Below, one piece after another: positions 1 to 8,512 of a DNA stretch of 34,271 nucleotides. The stretch spans positions 1 through 34,271 of the forward strand of contig JANNXQ010000018.1 in NCBI GenBank assembly GCA_031409655.1. Reading direction: 5' to 3'. The stretch comes from Chthoniobacteraceae bacterium. Lineage in GTDB: Bacteria; Verrucomicrobiota; Verrucomicrobiia; Chthoniobacterales; Chthoniobacteraceae. Each line of letters opens with the position of its first letter. Positions within the stretch are counted from its first letter, which is position 1. The notes under the pieces were generated by a model. That model was not told the DNA's origin. It was given only the letters and a program-made list of their open reading frames with translations, and made no database searches. The translations under genes and the position numbers were made by a program.

Positions 1-1
1 C

Positions 2-2818
2 ACACGCGGAGCCTCCGGGCAGCTCGTGATGTCGATCAGCGATGGCGGGACGGTGAGCACGCTCGTGAGCACCAGCGTCCTGCCGCAGAATGCGTGGCGG
101 CACGTCGCCTTCCAACTCGATGGCGCCACCGGTCGCCTCTACATCGGCGGCACACTGGAAGCCTCGGCGGCGATCACTTTCACTCCGCTCAGTGTGCTCG
201 CTGCGAATAGTCACACCGCGGCGCAGGCGAACTATCTCGGCCGCGACTGGGCGGGCGCGCTTTTCAAGGGCAGCCTCGAAGACGCGCGCTCCTACAATGT
301 GGCGCTGACCGCCGCGGAGTTGCGGCAGGAGATGGCGCGGCGCGGGGATTTGCTCGGGCAGTTTTCGCCGAGCGCGGCCACGGACTTCAATGGCACGAGC
401 ACCATCGCGCAGAGCGGCGTGACGAATGGCCGCGTGCGCACGCTCGCCGCGTGGGTCCGGCCGCGCACCTCGGAGGATGTGACGATCTACGAAGCCGTCT
501 TCGACAGCGGCAACGAACGGAGTGGCGGCGCGGGCAGCGGCCTCGGACTCGATGCGGGAAAATGGGTCGCGCGCCTCGATGGCCTGGGCCTCTGGGCGAC
601 GAATGTTTCCGCGACTCTCGGCAAGTGGCAGCACGTCGCGCTCGCCTTCAATGGCAGCACCGCCACGCTCTTCGTGAATGGCGTGCAAGCGGCGACGCGC
701 AGCTACACCGGTCCCGCCAGCGATTCCGCGGCGTCGGGGAAATGTTTTCGCGTCGGCTACTCGCAGACGACAGAAGACACCGCGACGCGCCAGTTCTTCG
801 ACGGCCATATTTTGAACGCGCGCATCCACGATCGCGCGCTCACCGCCACGCAGTTCGTGCTCGATGCGGATGGCGACGGCGTCACCGATCCAGTCGAGGC
901 CGGCCTCGGCACAGACCCGCTCGACCCGCTCAGCGTTCCGCCGCGCTTCAAGGTGTCGGGTATCGTGCGCAGCATCACTGGTTCCGCGATCGCGGGAGCC
1001 AGCGTGTATTTCTCCGATAGCCCGAGCCCGCAACTCAGTCCCTTGCTCACGGCTGTGGCGGACGCGAGCGGCTATTACGAAGCGTCCGTGACGCCGGGCT
1101 CATGGTATGTCGCGGCGAGCGCGACCGCTTACAATGCCTCTGCCGACCGCATCGTGTCCGTGACCACTGGTGACGTGCCCGCGATCGACTTCGCGCTCGT
1201 GCCGAATGCGCGCATCACCGGCCGCGTCACGCGGCGCAGCGACGGCACTCCGGTCGCGGGAGCGTCGGTCTTTTTCTCCCGCTCCGCAGGTGCATCCGCG
1301 GCACCGGTCTTCACCGCCACCACGGATGCGAGCGGGAACTACATGCAGGCCGTGCAGGACGGGAGCTGGTACGTCGCCTCGGGAGGTGCGGGCTTTCACC
1401 CCACGGCGGACAAGACGCTCGCGGTGAGCGGCGGTGACGTGAGCGCGATCGATTTCGCACTGCTCGGCATCGGCATCCCGCGCCCCTCGGATCTGCTCTT
1501 CTCCGCGCTGACCGCGTCGCTGCCGGCCAGCGGGGCCACCGGAGCGTGGCCGACTTATCAGCCATCCGGGCAGGCACTCGCGGTGATGGGTTCGCCGACG
1601 GTCGAGATCAGCGGCGGGGTGAAGTGGGTGAGTAGTGGGTATGCGGATGGCGACGGATTCCGGCAGGGCACCTATAGCACGGCGATTCCGATCAATGGCG
1701 CGACGATCGTGGTCGCGGTGAAACCGGTGCGCAACTCGACCGGCACAAGTTGGACGTCGATCGTCGATCTCTTTTACAACCGGCTCGTGCTCGGCATCCG
1801 GAACAGCACTGGGCAGATCGACGTGTGGCGCAACGGAGTCTTCGCGGGCGGCAGCGCGGCGAATGCGATTCCGAGTGGCCAGGCCACCGTCCTGAGCCTC
1901 GTCGTGCAACCCGCTGGCCAGTTCCAAGTCTTCGCGAATGGCGCGCAGATCATCGATGTCACCACGACGAGCACGATGACTTCGCTGGTCCCGAATGTCC
2001 CCGGCACCTTCGCCAACGCGCTGAACGTTGGCCGCAACGACCCGGATGGTTGGACCACTTTCAACGGCAACATCGGCGATGTCTTCGTCTATAAGGTCGC
2101 GCTCACCACGACGGAGCGTCAGCAACTCGAGACCGATCTCACCGCGCGCTTCGTCAGTCCCGGCTATTTCATCAACGCCTCCGCGAGCATCGGCGGGACC
2201 ATCAATCCCACCGGTGCCGTGCTGGTGAATCCCGGCGGCGCGCAGACTTTCACCGTCGCCCCGCAGCCCGGCTACGTGATCGCCGGGGTGAGCGTGAATG
2301 GCGTGCCGCAGGGATCGCCTGGCAGCTTCGGCTTCACGAACGTGAGCGCGAACCAAACGATCAGCGCCACTTTCACCGCGTCCGCGATCTCCGCGTGGCG
2401 CTATGCAAACTTCGGCGCGAACTGGAACAACGCCGCCTTCGCCGGTGATGTCATCGACGGCGAACGCGACGGCCTCGTGAACCTGCTCGAGTATACCTTC
2501 GGCACCGATCCGAACGGCGCCACCCTGAACGAACTTCCGCGCGCCAGCAACGCCGCCGGCCGCCTCGCGATCGCCTTCACCCGCGCCACCGCCGCCAACG
2601 ACATCACCCTCACCGTGCAAGGCGCAGACAGCGCCACCGGCCCGTGGTCCGACCTCGCTCGCAGCATGAATGGCAGCGCGACCGCCGCGCTGCTCGGCGG
2701 CGTCGCGGTAACCGAGTCCGGCACCGGCGCGATCCGCACCGTGGAAGTGCGCGATCTCTATCTCACCAGCGATCCCGCTCATCCGCAGCGTTTCCTGCGG
2801 GTGGCGGTCGCGCGTTAG
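2..2818 (+). CDS. Large secreted/surface protein, 5'-partial: LamG-like jellyroll domains, DxDxDG Ca-binding motifs, two carboxypeptidase-regulatory-like repeats, an InlB B-repeat-like module and a C-terminal tail domain
   Basis: The frame is open from base 2 (TRGASGQLV...), so the gene starts upstream of the window. LamG-type motifs WRHVAF..DG....LYIGG, WQHVALAFNGSTATLFVNG and FNGNIGDVFVYKVAL; DADGDGVTD..E...GTDP; INASASIGGTINP.GAV.V..G..QTFT..P..GY.I..V.VNG; ends RFLRVAVAR. Confidence 0.8.
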   Translation, partial: TRGASGQLVMSISDGGTVSTLVSTSVLPQNAWRHVAFQLDGATGRLYIGGTLEASAAITFTPLSVLAANSHTAAQANYLGRDWAGALFKGSLEDARSYNVALTAAELRQEMARRGDLLGQFSPSAATDFNGTSTIAQSGVTNGRVRTLAAWVRPRTSEDVTIYEAVFDSGNERSGGAGSGLGLDAGKWVARLDGLGLWATNVSATLGKWQHVALAFNGSTATLFVNGVQAATRSYTGPASDSAASGKCFRVGYSQTTEDTATRQFFDGHILNARIHDRALTATQFVLDADGDGVTDPVEAGLGTDPLDPLSVPPRFKVSGIVRSITGSAIAGASVYFSDSPSPQLSPLLTAVADASGYYEASVTPGSWYVAASATAYNASADRIVSVTTGDVPAIDFALVPNARITGRVTRRSDGTPVAGASVFFSRSAGASAAPVFTATTDASGNYMQAVQDGSWYVASGGAGFHPTADKTLAVSGGDVSAIDFALLGIGIPRPSDLLFSALTASLPASGATGAWPTYQPSGQALAVMGSPTVEISGGVKWVSSGYADGDGFRQGTYSTAIPINGATIVVAVKPVRNSTGTSWTSIVDLFYNRLVLGIRNSTGQIDVWRNGVFAGGSAANAIPSGQATVLSLVVQPAGQFQVFANGAQIIDVTTTSTMTSLVPNVPGTFANALNVGRNDPDGWTTFNGNIGDVFVYKVALTTTERQQLETDLTARFVSPGYFINASASIGGTINPTGAVLVNPGGAQTFTVAPQPGYVIAGVSVNGVPQGSPGSFGFTNVSANQTISATFTASAISAWRYANFGANWNNAAFAGDVIDGERDGLVNLLEYTFGTDPNGATLNELPRASNAAGRLAIAFTRATAANDITLTVQGADSATGPWSDLARSMNGSATAALLGGVAVTESGTGAIRTVEVRDLYLTSDPAHPQRFLRVAVAR
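947..1462 (+). repeat. Two tandem ~85-aa internal repeats (carboxypeptidase regulatory-like/Ig-like), at 947-1198 and 1208-1462
   Basis: Both copies share SG/TG.V....G...AGASV(Y/F)FS...TA..DASG.Y...V..GSWYVA......AD....V..GDV.AIDFAL. Confidence 0.8.
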
Positions 2819-2901
2819 GACTGACTCACGCGACCATCTTCCAAGCACCCTGATTGATCAGCCCGCTGGCGGAATCCCTCTCGCGCTACGGACGGCGTGA
2901 C

Positions 2902-3052
2902 GGGCGGGCCTGGGAGCGCCGCCGTCCTCGTGCGGCAATCCAATCTCGCGCGTAGCGCCCATTTGAATGGGATGCGACACGGCATTCAACGATTGGCGCT
3001 GCGCAAAGCAGCACGATGCCGCACGAGGACGGCGGCGCTCCCAGGCTCGCCC
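2902..3052. repeat. REPIN/MITE-like long inverted repeat between convergent genes
   Basis: 36-bp arms at 2902-2937 and 3017-3052 with one mismatch (GGGCG[G/A]GCCTGGGAGCGCCGCCGTCCTCGTGCGGCA). Nested inner pairs: GCGTAGCGCC (2950-2959)/GGCGCTGCGC (2995-3004) and TTGAATG (2963-2969)/CATTCAA (2983-2989). Confidence 0.8.
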
Positions 3053-3104
3053 TTCGCAGCCCGTCAAGCTTTGTCAGGTTGCCTCTGAAAGATGGAATGA
3101 CACC

Positions 3105-4373
3105 TCATCGAAATGGCGCGAGCAGACGCGCAAAAGGCGATGGTCGCGGCATCCCAGGTTCAAAGACGATGGCGGCGGCGGGGGGCGAGACGTGCGCGCG
3201 GGTGACGAGGAGGTGTTTCAGCACGCGGGTATTTTCCTCGATGGAGAAGTTTTCGCTCACGGTGCGGATCGCGTGCTCGGCGCAGGACTTGGCGAAAGTT
3301 TCGTCGGACAACATGCGCTGGAGGGCGCTGGCGAGAGCAGTCGCATCTTTCGGAGCGACGAGGAGGCCGTCGCGCTCGTGGACGATCATTTCGGGCACAC
3401 CGGCGATCGTCGTGGAGACGACCGGCACGCCGGCAGCCATGGCTTCGAGGACGACCGTGGGAAGATTGTCGCTGCCGCCTTCCGCATCGGGGACGCAGGC
3501 GAGAGCGAAGACTTGGGTCTTGGAAAGCAGTCGGCGGACTTCGGACTGCGATCGCGGACCAAGCTGAGTGACGGCCTCCGAGAGGCCGGCACTTTCGATC
3601 TGCATGCGGAGTTCGGCTTCGAGTGGCCCACCACCGACGATCTGGCAGGTGAAAGCAACGCCGCGCTCGCGGAGGATGCGGCAGGCTTCGATGAGATGCG
3701 TGAAACCTTTTTTCTCGACGGCACGACCCACGGAGAGAATGCGAGGTGGGGGGTCTTTTGGCCATGGAACTCCGAGTTCGCGAAGCGGATTCCCGGCCTC
3801 AATCCCATTGAAAACCCGGAAGGTTTTACCGACGGAACGCGGATATTTTTTCGCGAGCCAATCGCGCGCGTAGTTTGTCTCCGTCACGATGAACTTCGCG
3901 TCACACACTAGTTGCTCGATGGAAACCGGATAGTCCGTGTCGCAGAAGATGTCGTTCGCGTGGCCGGTGAAGCTGTAGCTGAGCCCGAAGACTTCACGGA
4001 GCCACCATGCCGTGCGCGCGGCCATGCCGGCGAAATGCGCGTGCACGTGACGGACGCCGCGGCGCTTGAGTTCCGGCCCGAGCCAGAGGGCTTCGTAGAG
4101 GCGGTTCACATCGCGCTCGCGCCGTTCGCGCGGCACCTTCCACCGCACGCGGCGAGGCAGCTCGAGGGTCGTGCGGAGCGTCTGCGTTTCGGGAAGATAG
4201 AGCACGTCGCCTTTGCACTTCACGGCGACATCGGCGGCGTCCTCCGGCTGGCGGATGGAGACGAGGAGCGGCTGCATGCCCTGGCGCAGCATCTCCTCCG
4301 CTTCGCGATAGACGAAGGTCTGCACGAAGCTCGGAAAGCGTTCGTAGAGGTAGGCGAAGCTGTGGTCCGGCAT
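3105..4373 (-). CDS. Glycosyltransferase family 4 (GT-B)
   Basis: Start re-assigned to the ATG at 4373 (MPDHSFAYLYERFP), which overlaps the upstream TGA. Motifs HVHAHF, SFTGHANDIF, ILSVGRAVEKKG and DNLPTVVLEAMAAGVPVVST..AGVPEMI. Confidence 0.9.
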   Translation of the reverse strand: MPDHSFAYLYERFPSFVQTFVYREAEEMLRQGMQPLLVSIRQPEDAADVAVKCKGDVLYLPETQTLRTTLELPRRVRWKVPRERRERDVNRLYEALWLGPELKRRGVRHVHAHFAGMAARTAWWLREVFGLSYSFTGHANDIFCDTDYPVSIEQLVCDAKFIVTETNYARDWLAKKYPRSVGKTFRVFNGIEAGNPLRELGVPWPKDPPPRILSVGRAVEKKGFTHLIEACRILRERGVAFTCQIVGGGPLEAELRMQIESAGLSEAVTQLGPRSQSEVRRLLSKTQVFALACVPDAEGGSDNLPTVVLEAMAAGVPVVSTTIAGVPEMIVHERDGLLVAPKDATALASALQRMLSDETFAKSCAEHAIRTVSENFSIEENTRVLKHLLVTRAHVSPPAAAIVFEPGMPRPSPFARLLAPFR

Positions 4374-5548
4374 CAGGCGAGGGAGCGCGCTTCGTCGTAG
4401 AAACCTTCGAGCTTCTCGACCGCTTTGCTTTGCTCGAACTCCTCGCGCACCGCGCGCGCGGCAGCCTGGCCGTAGATGTAGAGCATGTCGCCATCCCCGG
4501 TGATCTCGCACATCGCGCGGAAGAGCGCCACGTCGTCCTTTTCCGCGACGAGCAGACCGGTGCGCTGATGCGTGACGGCCTCGGGAATTCCGCCGTGCGT
4601 CGTCGCGAGCACGGGCAGGCCGGTGGCCATGGCTTCGAGCATGGAGTTTGGCACGCCTTCCTGATTTCGATCCGGCGGCATTTCGCTGGGATGCACGAAG
4701 ACGTGCGAGCGGGCGTAGAGCGCGGCGAGTTCCGTTTGCGAAAGGAAGCCGCGCAAATCGACGGCGTCGGCGATCCCGAGTTCGCGGGCGCAGTCGGCGA
4801 GTTCCGCTTTCATGGGACCATCGCCGGCGATCGTGAACTGCGCCTTCGGGTGCAGTGCGCGGAATTTTGCGAACGCCCGCAGCGCGGTGCGGAGGCCCTT
4901 CTTTTCGATCAAACGACAGGCCTGCACGAACCGCCACGAGCCATCCGCGGGGAGCGGGCGCTGGGCGAAGGGATACGCATCGAGCGGGATGCCGGTGCGG
5001 TTCAGCCGGAGCTTTTCGCGTGGGCAGCCCCACTGCTCGAGCGCGGCCACGAGCGATTGCGAACGCGCGAGGACCAGTGGGATGCGGCGGAGCAAGGCGC
5101 GCATTTGCTCGTCATACTCCGGCTGCTCGGGGCGCGGCTGCACATCCATGCCGTGAAAGGAGACGACGCACGGCCGCTTCCACCACTCGATGAAAGGCAG
5201 CAGGTGAACTCCGGTGTGACCGAAGTAAACGTGCATGAGATCCGCAGGCCGGCGCTGGAAGAGCTTGATGAGATACTTGAGATCGCCGCGGTAATACACG
5301 GGCGGGAGTCGCCGGAGGTATTTGAGGTAAAAGCGAACGAGGAAATTTTTCCGCGCACGCGGCATCAACTCAATGTCGTCAAAAGGGAACTCGCCTTCGC
5401 CCTGGCGCTCCTTGGCCACGATGAAAGTCCGCCAGCGTCGGAGGCCCGTGACCTGCCGGTAAATGTGCCGCATCTCCGGCTTGAGAAAAGTGGTGCAGTA
5501 GCTCGCGACGATCGGGCGCGGGTCAGCGTCTACGGGGACTTCAGGCAT
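4373..5548 (-). CDS. Glycosyltransferase family 4 (WcaL-like)
   Basis: Motifs HVYFG, VSFHGMD, CRLIEKKG and EGVPNSMLEAMATGLPVLATTHGGIPEAV (the EX7E motif). Confidence 0.9.
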   Translation of the reverse strand: MPEVPVDADPRPIVASYCTTFLKPEMRHIYRQVTGLRRWRTFIVAKERQGEGEFPFDDIELMPRARKNFLVRFYLKYLRRLPPVYYRGDLKYLIKLFQRRPADLMHVYFGHTGVHLLPFIEWWKRPCVVSFHGMDVQPRPEQPEYDEQMRALLRRIPLVLARSQSLVAALEQWGCPREKLRLNRTGIPLDAYPFAQRPLPADGSWRFVQACRLIEKKGLRTALRAFAKFRALHPKAQFTIAGDGPMKAELADCARELGIADAVDLRGFLSQTELAALYARSHVFVHPSEMPPDRNQEGVPNSMLEAMATGLPVLATTHGGIPEAVTHQRTGLLVAEKDDVALFRAMCEITGDGDMLYIYGQAAARAVREEFEQSKAVEKLEGFYDEARSLA

Positions 5549-5580
5549 GGTCGGCGACTGTCGAAACGGTCGGCGTTCCG

Positions 5581-5934
5581 CTAGCTGGCGGCAGTGGAAG
5601 CACCGGCCGCAGCCGCCGCTGCCTGATCGGCCATCAGTTTATGAATGAGCGCCGGGCTCGGAGCAGACCCGCCATCTGGCAGGCAGAGACTCCCGAGGTT
5701 GTAGCCGTAGCCTTTGAGTTCATTCGTCCACAAGATCGCGCCGGAGAAAAGATCCAGCGCGTGGAGCGAGCCGCCGCAACACGCAAAGACGATTTTTCCT
5801 TCGCACAACACCGTGACGAAATCCTGGCCCATCCCGGCCTTTAGCTTTGTGGACCAGATGATTTCACCGGTTCGTCGAGCGATGGCGACGACGGACTTTT
5901 TGATCCCGAGCAGCAAGATGTCGGAAGCGTTCAT
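5581..5934 (-). CDS. Small PQQ-like beta-propeller repeat protein
   Basis: Two blade signatures, VVAIARRTGEIIW and LHALDLFSGAILW; 117 aa with an Ala-rich tail. Confidence 0.75.
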   Translation of the reverse strand: MNASDILLLGIKKSVVAIARRTGEIIWSTKLKAGMGQDFVTVLCEGKIVFACCGGSLHALDLFSGAILWTNELKGYGYNLGSLCLPDGGSAPSPALIHKLMADQAAAAAAGASTAAS

Positions 5935-5944
5935 CGTGAGGCGG

Positions 5945-7084
5945 CTATTTCTCCGCGGTCACACCGGCGCCGAGCACCAGTTCCGCCAGGCGCGTCTTCA
6001 CTTTCTCGATCCCCTCCCCGGCTTCGGCGGAGATCGGGATCACTTCGATTTTCCGATACCGGGTTTTGAAGTGCTTCAGCTTTTCCTTCGCGCCTTCAAG
6101 ATCCATTTTGTTCGCGATCACGATCCACTGGCGCTCGCCGAGCGTGGGATCGTAAAGGTCGAGTTCCTTGCGCAGCTTCTGCAGGTCTTCGATCGGCTCG
6201 CGGCCTTCGCTGCCAGCCATATCGAGCACGAAGACGAGCAGCTTGCAGCGCACAATGTGACGCAGGAATTCGTGACCGAGGCCGATATTCTGATGCGCGC
6301 CTTCGATGAGGCCGGGAATATCCGCGACCTGGTAACGCTGGAAGCCGGGCATCTCTACCACGCCGATGTGCGGCGTGAGCGTGGTGAAGGGATACGGCGC
6401 GACTCTCGGCTGCGCCGCGGAGATCGCGCGGAGCAGCGTGGACTTGCCGGCATTCGGATACCCGACGAGGCCCGCATCCGCGATCTTGCGCAGCTCGAGA
6501 TAGTAGTCGCCCTCTTCCCCCGGCACGCCCTCGGTGTACCGCGTCGGCGCCTGATTCCGCGAACTCTTGAAATGCACATTGCCGAGCCCGCCCTTGCCGC
6601 CTTTGCAGAGCACGAATTCCTGCCCGGGCTCGGTGAGATCGGCGATCGTTTCCAAATCCGCGGGATTCACCGGCGCCTTCCGGTCCCGCTTGTTGGCGGG
6701 GTCGTCTTCCGGCGCTTTTGAGAAGTCGATGAAGGTCGCGCCTTCGCCGTGTTCGAGTTCGTGATCGGGGCCGGGCGCGGGCGCATCGGGCAGCCGGTAA
6801 ACGATCGTGCCGATGGGCACTGGCACGATTTTATCCGCCGCGGATTTTCCGAAGCACTGTCGTCCACCCCCGCGATCCCCGTTCTTCGCCTTGACGATCG
6901 GCTCGTAGAAAAAGGGCGTGAGATTGTCCGTATGGGTATCGGCCCGCAGGATCACGGAACCCCCGCGCCCGCCGTCCCCGCCATCCGGCCCACCCATCGG
7001 GACAAAGGATTCCCGACGGAAGGAAACAGCGCCGTCCCCGCCGTCCCCGGCCTTGGCGTGAATACGGATGTGATCGATGAACAT
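5945..7084 (-). CDS. obgE: GTPase Obg/CgtA
   Basis: Starts MFIDHIRIHAKAGDGGDG..SFRRE..P.GGPDGGDGGRGG. G1 GYPNAGKST, G2 YPFTT, G3 DIPG, G4 NKMD. Start placed at the ATG at 7084. Confidence 0.97.
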   Translation of the reverse strand: MFIDHIRIHAKAGDGGDGAVSFRRESFVPMGGPDGGDGGRGGSVILRADTHTDNLTPFFYEPIVKAKNGDRGGGRQCFGKSAADKIVPVPIGTIVYRLPDAPAPGPDHELEHGEGATFIDFSKAPEDDPANKRDRKAPVNPADLETIADLTEPGQEFVLCKGGKGGLGNVHFKSSRNQAPTRYTEGVPGEEGDYYLELRKIADAGLVGYPNAGKSTLLRAISAAQPRVAPYPFTTLTPHIGVVEMPGFQRYQVADIPGLIEGAHQNIGLGHEFLRHIVRCKLLVFVLDMAGSEGREPIEDLQKLRKELDLYDPTLGERQWIVIANKMDLEGAKEKLKHFKTRYRKIEVIPISAEAGEGIEKVKTRLAELVLGAGVTAEK

Positions 7085-7288
7085 AGCGGCCAATGTCGCG
7101 GGTGTTCTCGCTCGTGTCGAGGGCGCGAGAGCCACGCCACATCATCCCTCGCCCGAGCCCAAACACCCACCCCTCGGGAGAAGTGCATCCACCGAGGGAC
7201 ATGGTCTCGTCCGCACTGTCCCCGCCCGCGAATCGCGACCAAATGAAGCGTTCTTTGGGTATAAGGGCTGCTCATTTCAGGCTTTTTG

Positions 7289-7879
7289 ATGACTTCCTTG
7301 AACTCCATCAATCGCACCAGTCCGGCTCGGAATGCCCGGCACTCAATCGGAGCCTTCACCCTGATCGAGACCCTCGTTGCAGCGGTCGTTGTGCTCATTT
7401 CCATGGGCGCAATCTTCCTCGCGAGCAGCCGGTGCATCTCCATGATCAATTCGGCTCACGATATCGCCCTCGCTTCCGCCATGCTCCACGAGCGCATGCA
7501 GCAACTGCAGAGCACCGCATGGGAAACCCTGTCCGACAGCGACTCCTTTACGGACCAGGTGTGGACAGATCCTGAAGACGGCACGACGGAAAATATGGAT
7601 GGTCTTTTGAAGAACGCGCCCAAGGCGGGCGGGGTGCTGCAAGCGCGTGGCGCCGTGGAATCAATCCGCATCTCCGCCTATCGCCCCGCGCCCATTGCCA
7701 CCCCCGAGGCTGCCGCAATCACCGCGACGCGCCAGGCAAATTCCGCAATCCTCACATCCGGCGAAACCAATCTCGTGGATGAGAATATCTTGCGCATCGA
7801 TCTGCGCCTAACGTGGACCGACGGCAGGATGGCTCTCCAGCGATCCCTGGCATCCTCGGCGATCGTGGCTCGGAAATGA
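7289..7879 (+). CDS. Type IV pilin-like protein (PilV/GspI-like minor pilin)
   Basis: Short basic leader, then GA|FTLIETLVAAVVVLISMGAIFLAS: a class III signal with Glu5 and a hydrophobic helix. C-terminal LRIDLRLTWTD strand as in PilV-like proteins. Confidence 0.8.
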   Translation: MTSLNSINRTSPARNARHSIGAFTLIETLVAAVVVLISMGAIFLASSRCISMINSAHDIALASAMLHERMQQLQSTAWETLSDSDSFTDQVWTDPEDGTTENMDGLLKNAPKAGGVLQARGAVESIRISAYRPAPIATPEAAAITATRQANSAILTSGETNLVDENILRIDLRLTWTDGRMALQRSLASSAIVARK

Positions 7880-7889
7880 ACCCCGCGGA

Positions 7890-8507
7890 ATGAAAACGTC
7901 TGCACCACACCCCGGGCAGGTCGCCGGCAGCACGTTACCAGAAGTACTTATCGCGGCGGCCGTCGCGGCGATCATTCTGGGTGGCTTGATGGTCGGCAGC
8001 ATCGCCCTCCAACGTTCATTTTCCGCAAGTGATCGGCTCGCCCGTGCACAAGCCGATCTTCTCCGAGTGTCCGATTACATTGCTCGAGACATTCGGAATG
8101 CGAAGACCCTCGATGCGACCCCGAGTTCTACCGTGCTGCTGACCCTCACTACCGGCGACTATTACAATAGAAACGGCACACCCAAGAATCTCGCCGACGA
8201 TGTGGCGAATACCCCCATCATTGGAAGGTCCGGCGCCACTTACGGAACTAATCCGGTTACCATTCGTTATCTGCGGTCCGACAACCGAATCCTCCGGGAA
8301 GTCAGTCGTGTGGATTCCGGCATTACCTCCACGACCTCCACCTGGATCGCGGACAATGTGAACGACCTCCGCGTGAATGTCGATGCGGGAGGAACCGCTA
8401 CGGTCACGTCCTCCTCCACCATGCCCTATGCGACACGCAAGGCAGGCGCGGGAGCACCCGCGATTTCGTTCGTCATGGCCTCACAACCTCGCAATCCCAA
8501 TCCCTGA
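7890..8507 (+). CDS. Type IV pilin-like protein (PilW/GspJ-like minor pilin)
   Basis: AG|STLPEVLIAAAVAAIILGGL with Glu5, followed by ..SDYIARDIRNA, typical of PilW-like proteins. Confidence 0.75.
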   Translation: MKTSAPHPGQVAGSTLPEVLIAAAVAAIILGGLMVGSIALQRSFSASDRLARAQADLLRVSDYIARDIRNAKTLDATPSSTVLLTLTTGDYYNRNGTPKNLADDVANTPIIGRSGATYGTNPVTIRYLRSDNRILREVSRVDSGITSTTSTWIADNVNDLRVNVDAGGTATVTSSSTMPYATRKAGAGAPAISFVMASQPRNPNP

Positions 8508-8512
8508 ACCGT

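Noticed and set aside
1100..2848. 582-aa reverse-strand ORF, and similar long shadow ORFs (11586-12839, 14867-16072, 20896-22287, 28676-29761)
   Set aside because: They are antisense to well-supported genes and have no recognisable motifs. Long shadow ORFs are expected from stop-codon scarcity at high GC.
4374..5033. N-terminal 220 aa of the 642-aa ORF, suggesting a large or fused glycosyltransferase
   Set aside because: This is an Arg-rich out-of-frame read of the upstream GT4 gene. The real start is the ATG at 4373 in a TGATG overlap.
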